From contig JAZDGU010000051.1 of the NCBI GenBank assembly GCA_043806595.1, positions 1 to 54,814 of the forward strand: a stretch of DNA of 54,814 nt, given 5' to 3'. This stretch comes from Candidatus Micrarchaeota archaeon (GTDB lineage Archaea; Micrarchaeota; Micrarchaeia; Norongarragalinales; SBBD01). Shown here one piece after another: positions 27,284-38,273 of the stretch; position 1 is the first letter of the stretch; the number at the start of each line of letters is the position of its first letter. A program made the position numbers and the translations under genes. Below the pieces are notes generated by a model. It was given only the letters and a program-made list of their open reading frames with translations. It searched no databases and was not told where the DNA came from.

Positions 27284-27781
27284 ATGACAAGGCTGGTTAT
27301 CAGAAAAGCGCGAGAACCCGAATATGCCGAGATAAAACGGCTTTACGACGACCACCTGCCAGGAGGTTGGTGGAAGAGTAAAGAAGCGTTCAATAGGCGG
27401 ATGCTAGCGAACCCGCCTGCTGCGACGTTTGTTGCGATAAAAGAAGGGAAAATCATCGGCGCAATCAGTGGAAAACCACAGAATTTCGAAGACTTGGGGC
27501 AAACATTTTATGTCACAGGATTGGCAACAGACCGCACCGAGCCCCGTCTTGGAAAGTTGCTTGGCACGAGAATCGTCGCGCATGCACATGATTACGGATA
27601 CCGGCTGGCAACGCTCCACGGGTCCGATGAAATCCGAGACCGACTTTATGAAATTTTCGGGGCAAAGAGAATTGGCCCGAACGATAGCATGCACGTAATT
27701 GAAACAGCCAGAGCCATCGAATTGCAACGAAAAGAAATAATTAAAGAACTTCGTAAATTAACTCAACAACCATCGGAATAA
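27284..27781 (+). CDS. GNAT-family N-acetyltransferase-like protein with atypical composition
   Basis: LVIRKA, TFVAIKEGKIIG, YVTGLAT..RLGKLL, LYEIFG; sampled line 27481 is 47% GC. Confidence 0.7.
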   Translation: MTRLVIRKAREPEYAEIKRLYDDHLPGGWWKSKEAFNRRMLANPPAATFVAIKEGKIIGAISGKPQNFEDLGQTFYVTGLATDRTEPRLGKLLGTRIVAHAHDYGYRLATLHGSDEIRDRLYEIFGAKRIGPNDSMHVIETARAIELQRKEIIKELRKLTQQPSE

Positions 27782-27813
27782 ACAATTAAAAATGCGCTTG
27801 CTTTAACCGCTGC

Positions 27814-28146
27814 ATGGGACTCAGGCACAGGCTGCGCACGCAGGTGGCGAGGCACCGCGCGGGCGTCACGCGAAACGAAATCGTGGCGGATGCCATATTC
27901 TTCATCGCCGGCGCGCTGCTCGCCGTGGTCGCGACATTCATATTCGACATACACTGGTCGTTCTATCCCGGCAACACTATTTTCCCCCCGAACAAGCACA
28001 TCTTCAACAGCGCGGAACCCTATTATTTCGCGGTGCTCGCCGGCGGCGCGCTCGGAATCTTCCTCGTCAAGCTCGTGCTGCTCGGCATCCGCGAGGACAA
28101 CGAGGAAGTGCTCGAGCCGCCGAAAATTGGTAAGGGGAGGGGATAG
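27814..28146 (+). CDS. Small two-TM membrane protein
   Basis: Two hydrophobic helices, native codon usage. Confidence 0.75.
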   Translation: MGLRHRLRTQVARHRAGVTRNEIVADAIFFIAGALLAVVATFIFDIHWSFYPGNTIFPPNKHIFNSAEPYYFAVLAGGALGIFLVKLVLLGIREDNEEVLEPPKIGKGRG

Positions 28147-28171
28147 CCCCTCGGCCGGGAAGTGCAATGCC

Positions 28172-28786
28172 ATGACTCGCATAATTCTTTCAAGGCACGG
28201 GATCACGCGCCACAACATCGAGGGCCGCGTGCAGGGCAGCCTCGAGACGCCTCTGCACCGCCGCGGGGTGGTGCAGGCCCGCCTTTTAGGCAGGAGGCTG
28301 AAGGGCGAGAGGATAACCGCGGCTTATTCCAGCCCTTTGGAGAGGGCGGTGCGCACCGCTGAGGAAGTGCTGCGGTTCCACAAGGGCGTCGGGCTGGTGA
28401 AACTCGAGGGACTCAGGGAGAGGGGCTTCGGGGTCGCCGAGGGCCTGACGTACGCCGAGATCAGGAAATACCCCGGGATATTGAGCGAGCAGACTGGAAC
28501 CGTTGACCACCGGTTCAAGCCCGAGAAGGGCGAGAGCTGGGGCGAGGTCAGGGCGAGGGCGATGCGCGCGATGCGGGGCATTCTGCGTGGCCATGCGGGG
28601 GAGACGGTTCTCGTGGTCGCGCACGGGGGGACCAACCGCATGATACTCGCGGGGCTCACCGGCCTGCAGATCCAGAAGGCGTTCGTGTTCCGGCAGCACA
28701 ACGCGTGCATAAACATAATCGAGGTCGGTAAGGGCGGGGTGGTGAGGGTCGAGACGCTCAACGACACCGCGCACCTGGAAAGGTGA
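28172..28786 (+). CDS. Histidine phosphatase (phosphoglycerate mutase family)
   Basis: LSRHG, YSSPLERAVRTA, LRER.FG, GES, LVVAHGG, LNDTAHL. Confidence 0.92.
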   Translation: MTRIILSRHGITRHNIEGRVQGSLETPLHRRGVVQARLLGRRLKGERITAAYSSPLERAVRTAEEVLRFHKGVGLVKLEGLRERGFGVAEGLTYAEIRKYPGILSEQTGTVDHRFKPEKGESWGEVRARAMRAMRGILRGHAGETVLVVAHGGTNRMILAGLTGLQIQKAFVFRQHNACINIIEVGKGGVVRVETLNDTAHLER

Positions 28787-28792
28787 AATTGC

Positions 28793-29266
28793 ATGGAAAA
28801 CCGGACACGGAGAGCCAAGGAGCCGTCGCTCATGCAGGACCGGACGCGGACGTTGAGGCGCATCAGAGGGACAGGAAACGGCACTACGGGGTCATCGAAG
28901 GTGATTACCCTGGAGGAAGAGCGGAAGCTCGACAACATCGCGGACCCGCTAGCCCGGCAGAGGGCCAAGGCGAGGATGTTTACGTTCGTCCATGGCGGGG
29001 ACGCTGGAGAAATTGTCAAGATGCTTCGGCGCTCTGTCAGACCGAACTCGTTCAATGAGGCGAGTCTAAGGCGGATGGAAAGGTTCTTCTACAGGTTTTT
29101 AGGCAACCAGCCCGCCAACTGGACGACGGTTGACGCGCAATCCATACGCGAGTTACAAACTGTGTTCAGGGAGCGTTCCAAGAAGGGAGAGGATTTGAAC
29201 AGGGAATGGGTTGCGATTTTCCGCGGACATTTCGGACTCGGAAAAGGGGGCAGGGAACGCAGGTAA
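28793..29266 (+). CDS. Arg-rich orphan protein
   Basis: 157-aa ORF filling the gap, AGGTGA upstream; no recognisable domain. Confidence 0.6.
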   Translation: MENRTRRAKEPSLMQDRTRTLRRIRGTGNGTTGSSKVITLEEERKLDNIADPLARQRAKARMFTFVHGGDAGEIVKMLRRSVRPNSFNEASLRRMERFFYRFLGNQPANWTTVDAQSIRELQTVFRERSKKGEDLNREWVAIFRGHFGLGKGGRERR

Positions 29267-29358
29267 AGGCATTTAAAGATTGGCGCGCCCAAGTAGTTGC
29301 GCCTGATTTCGTTTTCTATTTGGAGCGAGTCCCCCCAGTCACGTAGGGTAGTTACTGC

Positions 29359-30375
29359 ATGAAAAAGTCGGATTATCTGAAGAAGAAGGTCTCCAGCATC
29401 GACGTGACCGCTGGAAAGGGCGTGAGCAGGCTGCTCTACGAGATGCAGGACACGGGTTTCCAGGGGAAGAAGCTCGCCGAGGCCGCGGAGGTCTGGCAGT
29501 GCATGGCCGAGGACGAGGAGACCACGATATTCATGGGCTACGCGGGCAGCATGAGCACCACGGGCATGCACAGGATAGTGCGCTGGCTCGTGGAGAACCG
29601 CTTCATAGACGTGCTGGTCTCCACGGGGGCGAACGTCAGCGAGGACGTCTTCGAGGCCATGGGTTACAGCTACTTCCAGGGCACGCACACGGCGGACGAC
29701 GTCGACCTGCTGAAGAACCAGGTCAACCGCTACTACGACGTCTACGCCGACGAGCTGGAATACCGAAGGATGGAGTGGCTAATCGTCGACTTCCTCGAGA
29801 CGCTTGACGCCGGGCGCAGCTATTCCAGCGCGGAATTCCTCTGGGAGTTCGGGAAGTTCCAGAACGGGAAGAAGATCCCGAGCATCACCGAGGCCGCATA
29901 CCGCGCGGGCGTGCCCGTGTTCTCGCCGGCGATGGCCGACTCGAGCTACGGCATCGCGGCGTACCTGCTCGCGAAGGAGAGGAAGAAGCACGTCGTGGTC
30001 GACCAGATGAAGGACTTCGTGCAGCTCGGGGAAATCGGGGAGAGGAGCAGGAGCACTTCCGCGGTCTACATCGGCGGCGGCGTGCCGAAGGACACGATAC
30101 AGCTTGTGACCGTCATGAAGGACCTCGGCCTCGGCGGCGAGACCATCTACCCGCACAAGTACGCGGTGCAGGTTACGACGGATTCGCCGCAATGGGGCGG
30201 GCTCTCGGGCTGCACGTTCGAGGAGGCCACCAGCTGGGGCAAGATAGACGCGAAGGCGAGCAAGGCAGTGGTGTACGCCGACGCGACGATAGCGCTGCCG
30301 CTAATCTCGCACGCGCTCGCGGAGCGCGTGAAGAAGAAACGCACGGGCCAGGACTTCTCCTGGCTGCTGAAATAG
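29359..30375 (+). CDS. dys: Deoxyhypusine synthase family protein
   Basis: TGFQG, VSTGAN, PAMADSS, IGGGVPK, GGLSGCTFEEATSWGK (catalytic Lys), DATIALP. Confidence 0.92.
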   Translation: MKKSDYLKKKVSSIDVTAGKGVSRLLYEMQDTGFQGKKLAEAAEVWQCMAEDEETTIFMGYAGSMSTTGMHRIVRWLVENRFIDVLVSTGANVSEDVFEAMGYSYFQGTHTADDVDLLKNQVNRYYDVYADELEYRRMEWLIVDFLETLDAGRSYSSAEFLWEFGKFQNGKKIPSITEAAYRAGVPVFSPAMADSSYGIAAYLLAKERKKHVVVDQMKDFVQLGEIGERSRSTSAVYIGGGVPKDTIQLVTVMKDLGLGGETIYPHKYAVQVTTDSPQWGGLSGCTFEEATSWGKIDAKASKAVVYADATIALPLISHALAERVKKKRTGQDFSWLLK

Positions 30376-30462
30376 GGTTTATTGCAAATATTCAAACCGC
30401 GCTCCGGCTTGTCGGAAGGCAGGAAGGGGCGCATTCTCCGTTGGACGGAGGAAGTGGAAGAG

Positions 30463-31953
<1,491 letters not shown>

Positions 31954-31985
31954 ATTATTATTCCCCGGCCGGCAGTCTTGTGCTC

Positions 31986-32633
31986 ATGCCCAAAGCCGCA
32001 CCGATTGGTTCCGTGATGGCGGCCCTGAAAAGGACGAACCCCGAGCCCCGCATGGAGCTCGAGCACGGCAACCCGCTGGAGCTGCTGGTCTCCACGATAT
32101 TGTCCGCCCAATGCACCGATGCCCGCGTCAACATGGTCACCGCGGGGCTGTTCAAGAAATACAAGACCGCAAGCGATTACGCCGAGGCAGACCAAAAGGC
32201 GTTCGAGCAGGAGATCAGGAGCACGGGGTTCTACAGGAATAAGGCGAAGAACATCATCGCCGCCTGCAAGATTATCGATGAAAGGCACGGCGGTAAAGTG
32301 CCGGACACCACGGAGGGGCTGCTGGAGCTGCCCGGAGTCGCGCGCAAGACCGCGAACATCGTTCTGACCGCGGGGTTCGGGAAGGTCGAGGGCATCGCCG
32401 TGGACACGCACGTGATGCGGGTCTCGCAGAGGCTCGGCTTGACCAAGCAGAAGGACCCGAACAAGATCGAGCGGGACCTCATGCGCCAAATCCCGCGCAG
32501 GGACTGGGGGGAGGTCAACATGCTGATGGTGCTCTTCGGGAGGTACACGTGCACGGCGAAGCGACCGCAGTGCGGCAAGTGCCTGCTTAACAAGGCGTGC
32601 CCGTCGGCGTTCAAGGTCAAGGGTTGGGAATAG
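31986..32633 (+). CDS. nth: Endonuclease III
   Basis: LSAQCTD, HhH LPGVARKTAN, VDTHV, C-x6-C-x2-C-x5-C Fe-S motif. Confidence 0.95.
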   Translation: MPKAAPIGSVMAALKRTNPEPRMELEHGNPLELLVSTILSAQCTDARVNMVTAGLFKKYKTASDYAEADQKAFEQEIRSTGFYRNKAKNIIAACKIIDERHGGKVPDTTEGLLELPGVARKTANIVLTAGFGKVEGIAVDTHVMRVSQRLGLTKQKDPNKIERDLMRQIPRRDWGEVNMLMVLFGRYTCTAKRPQCGKCLLNKACPSAFKVKGWE

Positions 32634-32642
32634 GCGGTCGGG

Positions 32643-33014
32643 ATGGCGGGATTGAAATTCGTGGTTCACGAGCACTTCTCGAGGACGCACCACTTCGATT
32701 TGAGGCTCGAGCACGAGGGCTTTCTGGAGAGCTGGGCGGTGCCCAAGGGCATGCCCTCCGGCGCGGAAAAGCGGCTGGCGGTCTACACCGAGCCGCACGC
32801 GATGGAATACGGGGAGTTCGAGGGCGAGATCCCGGAGGGAGAGTACGGTGCGGGAAAAGTGGAAATCTGGGATTCGGGCGCGCTCGAGGTAGGGGAGTGG
32901 ACGGGGAAGAAGATTTCGTTCGAGCTCAAAGGAAGGAAGATTAAGGGGGGTTTCGTCTTGGTTAAAACCGGCTTTTCGGAGAAGAGCTGGCTGGTTTTTA
33001 AGAGCAGACGCTGA
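32643..33014 (+). CDS. Stand-alone LigD 3'-phosphoesterase (PE) domain protein
   Basis: FVVHEH..HFDLRLE..SWAVPKG..KRLAV.TE.H..EY..FEG.IP..YGAG.V.IWD.G. Confidence 0.92.
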   Translation: MAGLKFVVHEHFSRTHHFDLRLEHEGFLESWAVPKGMPSGAEKRLAVYTEPHAMEYGEFEGEIPEGEYGAGKVEIWDSGALEVGEWTGKKISFELKGRKIKGGFVLVKTGFSEKSWLVFKSRR

Positions 33015-33055
33015 GTAAACCCCTGCGGGGGTCCTTCCAACCGGGTAAAGGCGGT

Positions 33056-34540
33056 ATGGCCAATCTTGTCCTGAGGCATTTGTCGGAGGTGCTGCTTTTC
33101 GTCGGGGTAGCCATGCTCGTCCCCGCGGCATACGCGGCGTACGCCGGCGAGCCGACGGTTTCGGTGCTGCTGCTTCCCGCCGTGCTGATGGTACTGCCGG
33201 GGTTGCCCCGGCTTGCGAGGAACACCGTCGCGTTCGCGAGAAGGTCGCTTGCGGACGCGTGGAGGCGGCTCAGGGGAAGGCCGTTGGAAGGCAGGCCGTG
33301 GAACTTCGCGTACTCGCTGCTCACTCTGGAGTTCATAAAGCACAAGGACGACGAGGTGCTGACCGCGACCCAGGCGCTGGTGGTGTCCGCGCTCGCGTGG
33401 ATCATCGTGCCGGCGATATGCATGCTGCCCTACCTCGCGCTCGGGTATTCCTTCGAGGATTCCGCGTTCGACAGCATGTCCGGCTGGACCACGACGGGCC
33501 TGAGCACCACCGCCCGGCCGGAGGCCCTGCCGTCGAGCGTCGTGTTCTTCCGGAGCTTCATGCAGTGGGTCGGCGGCGTGGGCATCATCATCTTCGCGCT
33601 CATCGTAATCCGCGCGCCGGCGGCGAGCGAGCTGTTCAAGGCGGAAGGCCACGAGGGCATCGAAATCGGCCTGCGCAAGACCGTCAACCGCATCTGGCTG
33701 ATCTACCTCCTCCTTTCCGCCCTCGGGGCCGCAATGCTCTGGGCGCTCGGCCTCTCCGTGTTCAACGCCGTGAACATCACCATGGCCACGATTTCCACGG
33801 GGGGCTTCCTGCCTTCCAGCGGCTTCGAGTTCACGCTCGTTCAGAAGATCGGGGTCATGCTGATAATGGCCGCGGGCGCGACGAGCTTTGCCGTGCACTC
33901 GGACATAATCCAGCGCAAGTGGAAAAGCGTCGCACGCAACACGGAATTCAAGCTCATGCTCGCGGTCATCGCCGTCTTCGCCGTGGCGGTCTTCCTCACG
34001 GGCGTGGTGCCCGAAAACGCGCTGTTCCACGCGACTTCCGCGGCCTCGACCGCCGGACTGACCATCGGCAACCTCGGGGTGCTTTCCGACCTGGCGAAAT
34101 ACCTGATCGTCCTGCTCATGGTCGCCGGCGGCACTTCGGGCTCGACTGCGGGAGGCGTCCGGATGTGGAGGATCGCCGCGCTGTTCAAGGGCCTGCGCGC
34201 GAAGATCCGCGGGCTGTTCCTGCCCCCGGGCGCGGTCCAGCCGATCAAAATCAACGGGAGGGTGATGACGCAGGAGCAGCTTGCCGAAAGCGGGAGCTAC
34301 ATCTTCCTCTACGGCGCGGTCATACTGACGGCCTCGGCGGCGCTCATGGCCGTGAACGTGAAGAGCATGGACGCGTTCTTCTCGGTCGCGTCCGCGATGG
34401 GCAACGTGGGGCTCTCGACGCTTTCCGTCGGCTCCCTTCCGGTTGTCGGCAAATGGCTGCTGACGTTCGTAATGTATGTAGGGCGCATCGAGATCCTGCC
34501 GGGCCTCGTGCTATTAAAATACTTGAAGGACAGGGAATAG
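33056..34540 (+). CDS. trkH: Trk potassium uptake membrane subunit
   Basis: Four pore-loop motifs TTTGLS, STGGF, STAGL, GNVGLS; GSTAGG; GRIEI. Confidence 0.92.
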   Translation: MANLVLRHLSEVLLFVGVAMLVPAAYAAYAGEPTVSVLLLPAVLMVLPGLPRLARNTVAFARRSLADAWRRLRGRPLEGRPWNFAYSLLTLEFIKHKDDEVLTATQALVVSALAWIIVPAICMLPYLALGYSFEDSAFDSMSGWTTTGLSTTARPEALPSSVVFFRSFMQWVGGVGIIIFALIVIRAPAASELFKAEGHEGIEIGLRKTVNRIWLIYLLLSALGAAMLWALGLSVFNAVNITMATISTGGFLPSSGFEFTLVQKIGVMLIMAAGATSFAVHSDIIQRKWKSVARNTEFKLMLAVIAVFAVAVFLTGVVPENALFHATSAASTAGLTIGNLGVLSDLAKYLIVLLMVAGGTSGSTAGGVRMWRIAALFKGLRAKIRGLFLPPGAVQPIKINGRVMTQEQLAESGSYIFLYGAVILTASAALMAVNVKSMDAFFSVASAMGNVGLSTLSVGSLPVVGKWLLTFVMYVGRIEILPGLVLLKYLKDRE

Positions 34541-34566
34541 TGATGCGCTGAGAAGCGGTGGTTCGC

Positions 34567-35190
34567 ATGAAAGTAGTGATTCTGGGGGCGGGAAAGGTCG
34601 GCATGACTCTCCTGCAGCTGCTCGAGGGCACCCAGCACGAGATTACGGTTGTGGACCGGAGCAAGGAGGTATGCGATGCGCTCGCCTCCGAAAGCCGCGC
34701 GGTGATGGTGTGCGGCGACTGCACCGACCCGCAGGTCCTCGACAGCCTGAGGCTCAAGGGCAAGGACTACGTCGTGGCGGTGAGCGGCGAGGAGGAGGTC
34801 AACTTCCTTGCTGCGGCATACGCCAAGCAGGCCGGCGCCAAGAAAGTGATAGCGCGCTCGCACTCGCGCAAGCACGCGTTGATGCTCCAGAAGCTCGGCA
34901 TCGACGCGCTGATACCCGAGATGACGCTCGCAAAGGAGCTCGCCAACCAGATAATGAACCCGACCATATCGCTGATGCTGAACCCGGGGGACAGCAACCT
35001 CGAGCTCTTCGAGGCCGAGATCCCGCACAAGATGGACGGCAAGAGCGTAGTGGAAGCCTTGAGGGACCCCGGCGTCTCCATACTGGCGCTCTTCGACGGC
35101 GAGAAGTTCACCCTCCCGAAGCCCGCGGACGAGCTCAAGGCGGGCGTGAAGGCGGTCGTGGTGAGCACGAGCGGCAGGAGGTCGCTTTGA
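34567..35190 (+). CDS. trkA: TrkA-family RCK regulatory subunit
   Basis: MKVVILGAGKVG, GDCTD; follows trkH. Confidence 0.9.
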   Translation: MKVVILGAGKVGMTLLQLLEGTQHEITVVDRSKEVCDALASESRAVMVCGDCTDPQVLDSLRLKGKDYVVAVSGEEEVNFLAAAYAKQAGAKKVIARSHSRKHALMLQKLGIDALIPEMTLAKELANQIMNPTISLMLNPGDSNLELFEAEIPHKMDGKSVVEALRDPGVSILALFDGEKFTLPKPADELKAGVKAVVVSTSGRRSL

Positions 35191-35300
35191 CGGGGCGCGG
35201 CTTCTACGCAAGTTTTATATAGGTTGTTGGGGTTAAGGCATACGAAGTTTTTTTCCGAGTGTCACCTTTTTTCACGGTTCTACTTTCGAGGGTGTTTCTT

Positions 35301-35918
35301 ATGGACGAGACCAAGATGATGAAGGGCACGACTACGGTAGGGGTTACCTTCAAGGACGGCGTGGTCGTCGCGGCGGACAAGCGCGCCACCATGGGCACGT
35401 TCATCGCGGCCAAGGGAGTCGAGAAGATCGCGCTCGTGGACGACCAGCTTGCGCTGACAATAGCGGGCGGGGTCGGCGACGCGCAGCAGCTGGTGCGCTG
35501 GCTCAAGGCCGAGACCGAGCTCTACAAGTACGGCAACGGCCGCAACATGACCGTGCAGGGCGCGGCGACGCTGCTTGCGAACATCCTGCAGGGCAACAAG
35601 TACTTCCCGTACCTCGTGCAGCTCATCGTCGCGGGCTACGACAGCAAGCCCCGGCTCTTCGACCTCGACCCGTTCGGCGGGCTGCTCGAGGAGAAGTACG
35701 TCTCCACGGGCTCTGGAAGCGTCGTGGCCTACGGCCTGCTCGACGACCTGTACAAGGACGACCTGGGCGAGGACGAGGCGGTGAGGGTCGCGGCGCGCGC
35801 GGTGAACGCCGCGATGAAGAGGGACAACGCCACCGGCGAGGGCATCGACCTGGTGCTCATCACCAAGAACAAGACGAAGCGGTATTCGCCCGAGCAGGTC
35901 AACGCCCTGATCAAGTAA
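35301..35918 (+). CDS. psmB: Proteasome beta subunit
   Basis: Propeptide MDETKMMKG|TTTVG, AADKRAT, TGSGS, RD..TG. Confidence 0.96.
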   Translation: MDETKMMKGTTTVGVTFKDGVVVAADKRATMGTFIAAKGVEKIALVDDQLALTIAGGVGDAQQLVRWLKAETELYKYGNGRNMTVQGAATLLANILQGNKYFPYLVQLIVAGYDSKPRLFDLDPFGGLLEEKYVSTGSGSVVAYGLLDDLYKDDLGEDEAVRVAARAVNAAMKRDNATGEGIDLVLITKNKTKRYSPEQVNALIK

Positions 35919-35979
35919 GGGGGCCGCACAACCCGCGGCAACGGATCGAAGGCACGGGGCCTTCAAGGTGAATGGGCAA

Positions 35980-37875
35980 TTGGCTAACAACAGTCTCAAG
36001 GACATTCAGGCTAGCGTGCTCGAGGTCCTCCCGAAGGAGTGCGAGCTCACCAAGACAGAGGTCGAGGGGCCCCAGGTGGTGCTCTACCTCAAGAACATGA
36101 GGGCGTTCACGGACGACGAGTCGCTCATCACGCGCATTGCGTCGCACATCCGCAAGAAGATTCTCCTGCGCAGCGACCCGTCGGTGCTCATGCCCGCGGA
36201 CAGGGCGCTGGCAAAGATAAGGCAGCTGGTGCCGGAGGAGGCCGGCATCACCGACATCAAGTTCGACACCACGTTCAACGAGGTCGTGATCGAGGCCATG
36301 AAGCCCGGGGTGGTCATCGGCAAGAGCGGCTCCGTGCTCAAGAGCATCATCCTCGAGACCGCTTGGAGCCCGAAGGTGCTGCGCGCGCCGACGTCGCCTT
36401 CCGAGGTGGAGAGGGCGGTGCGCAACGCGCTGCTCAACAACGCCGACGAGCGCAAGAAGTTCCTCAACACGCTCGGCAAGAAGATGCTCGCCGAGGAGGG
36501 CAACATCGACTGGGTGAAGATCACGGCGCTCGGCGCCGCCAAGGAGGTCGGCCGGAGCTGCTTCCTGCTGCAGACGAACAACAGCAACATCCTTCTGGAC
36601 TGCGGGCTCAACGTCGACTCCAGCGACCCCACGCGCGCCTACCCGTATCTCAACGCCATGGGCCTTGCGCTCGACAAGATCGACGCGGTAATCATCACTC
36701 ACGCGCACCTCGACCACGCGGGCTTCCTGCCGTACCTGTACGCCTACGGCTATGAGGGCCCCGTGTACTGCACGCCGCCGACGCGCGACCTCATGGTGCT
36801 GCTGCAGCAGGACTGCATCAACGTCATCACCTCCGAGGGCAAGAACCCGCCGTATTCCGAGAAGGACATCAAGAAGATGCTCCAGCACGTAATCGTGCGC
36901 AAGTACGGCGAGGTCACGGACATCACGCCGAAGATACGCTTCACGTTCCACAACGCCGGGCACATCCTCGGGAGCGCGATGGTGCACCTCCACATCGGGG
37001 AAGGGATGCACAATCTCATCTACACGGGCGACATGAAGTTCGGCCGCACCAACCTCTTCGAGCCCGCGGAGGTCAGGTTCCCGCGCGTGGACACGGTCGT
37101 CATGGAGAGCACGTACGGCGCGGCGCAGGACGTCAGGCCGAGGCTCGAGGAGAACGAGATGCGCCTCATCCAGACGATACGCGAGACGCTCGCGTCGCGC
37201 GGAAAGGTGCTCATCCCGGTGCTCGCCGTCGGCCGCGCGCAGGAGATAATGCTCATCCTGGAGAAGTACATGCGCAACGACAACACCACGGTCTACATCG
37301 ACGGCATGTGCCGCGAGGCCTCGGCGATCCATACCGTGTATCCGGAGTACATGCACCGCAACGTGCAGAGGCGCATACTGCAGAACGACTCGCCTTTCGA
37401 CAAGCCATTGTTCAAGAGCGCCATCGGCATGGACCGCAAGTCCATCGTCGAGAGCGACGAGCCGACGGTCATCCTCGCCACGAGCGGCATGCTTTCCGGC
37501 GGGCCGAGCGTCGAGTTCCTCAAGATGATGTCCGCGGACGAGCGCAATTCGCTCATATTCGTCGGATGGCAGGCGGCGATGTCGCTCGGCAGGAAGATAC
37601 AGAACGGCGAGAAGGAGGTGCCGATGCTGAACGAGAACAACAAGCTCGACTCCCTCAAGGTCAACCTCAAGGCGACGACGGTCGAGGGCTTTTCCGGCCA
37701 CAGCGACCGCTCGCAGCTCATAAACTTCGTCAGGGCGATAAAGCCGCGGCCCTCGCGGTTCTTCATGGTCCACGGGGAGGAGCGCAAGTGCGAGGACCTA
37801 GCGCGCACGACCTCCAAGATACTGCACTGCGAGACGCGCGCGCCGATGAACCTCGACAGCATAAGGCTCAAGTAG
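35980..37875 (+). CDS. fttA: aCPSF1/FttA beta-CASP ribonuclease with KH domains
   Basis: KPGVVIGK, EVGRS, THAHLDH, GHILG, FSGHSD, VHGE; conserved position after psmB; probable TTG start after AGGTGA. Confidence 0.95.
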   Translation: MANNSLKDIQASVLEVLPKECELTKTEVEGPQVVLYLKNMRAFTDDESLITRIASHIRKKILLRSDPSVLMPADRALAKIRQLVPEEAGITDIKFDTTFNEVVIEAMKPGVVIGKSGSVLKSIILETAWSPKVLRAPTSPSEVERAVRNALLNNADERKKFLNTLGKKMLAEEGNIDWVKITALGAAKEVGRSCFLLQTNNSNILLDCGLNVDSSDPTRAYPYLNAMGLALDKIDAVIITHAHLDHAGFLPYLYAYGYEGPVYCTPPTRDLMVLLQQDCINVITSEGKNPPYSEKDIKKMLQHVIVRKYGEVTDITPKIRFTFHNAGHILGSAMVHLHIGEGMHNLIYTGDMKFGRTNLFEPAEVRFPRVDTVVMESTYGAAQDVRPRLEENEMRLIQTIRETLASRGKVLIPVLAVGRAQEIMLILEKYMRNDNTTVYIDGMCREASAIHTVYPEYMHRNVQRRILQNDSPFDKPLFKSAIGMDRKSIVESDEPTVILATSGMLSGGPSVEFLKMMSADERNSLIFVGWQAAMSLGRKIQNGEKEVPMLNENNKLDSLKVNLKATTVEGFSGHSDRSQLINFVRAIKPRPSRFFMVHGEERKCEDLARTTSKILHCETRAPMNLDSIRLK

Positions 37876-37925
37876 CCCTGCCCGCCATTCACCGGAACCA
37901 CGTTTTCCCCTCTAGCCGCCCTCGG

Positions 37926-37940
37926 GGAAAAGGTTTAAAA
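37926..37940 (+). promoter_or_regulatory. BRE + TATA of small SWIB-like gene
   Basis: GGAAAAGG-TTTAAAA. Confidence 0.65.
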
Positions 37941-38009
37941 GGCGGGCATGCATGCTAGTCTCACTCGTTTCTCACTCGTGAATGCGAGTAGAAAAAAGGG
38001 GGTGTTTTG

Positions 38010-38156
38010 ATGGTAAGGAAGCCTTTTGGAGGCATGAAGGTAGACCTTGACTGCGACTGCAGCATGTCCGACGTCTTCGGAAAGGGCATGTCCCCGAGCG
38101 ACATGACCAAGAAGCTCTGGAAGCACGTCAAGAGCCACGGCAAGATGAAGAAGTAG
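38010..38156 (+). CDS. 48-aa SWIB/MDM2-like small protein (below ORF-track cutoff)
   Basis: MVRKPFGGMKVDLDCDCSMSDVFGKGMSPSDMTKKLWKHVKSHGKMKK; SD GGGGGTG; own promoter and terminator. Confidence 0.75.
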   Translation: MVRKPFGGMKVDLDCDCSMSDVFGKGMSPSDMTKKLWKHVKSHGKMKK

Positions 38157-38167
38157 TCCGATATTCA

Positions 38168-38202
38168 GGGGTGCGCTCGGCGCGCCCCCGTTTCTCTTTT
38201 TT
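38168..38202 (+). terminator. GC hairpin followed by U-rich tract
   Basis: GGGGTGCGC-TCG-GCGCGCCCC then TTTCTCTTTTTT. Confidence 0.7.
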
Positions 38203-38273
38203 CAATCCTGATTCTACGAATTTTCCCGCCGGCGTGAGCCAGGCTTATAAACCCGCCGGGCGTCTTTATTCCC

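Noticed and set aside
29267..29358. Riboswitch-like leader before the deoxyhypusine synthase gene
   Set aside because: Only short, weak stems and no recognisable aptamer.
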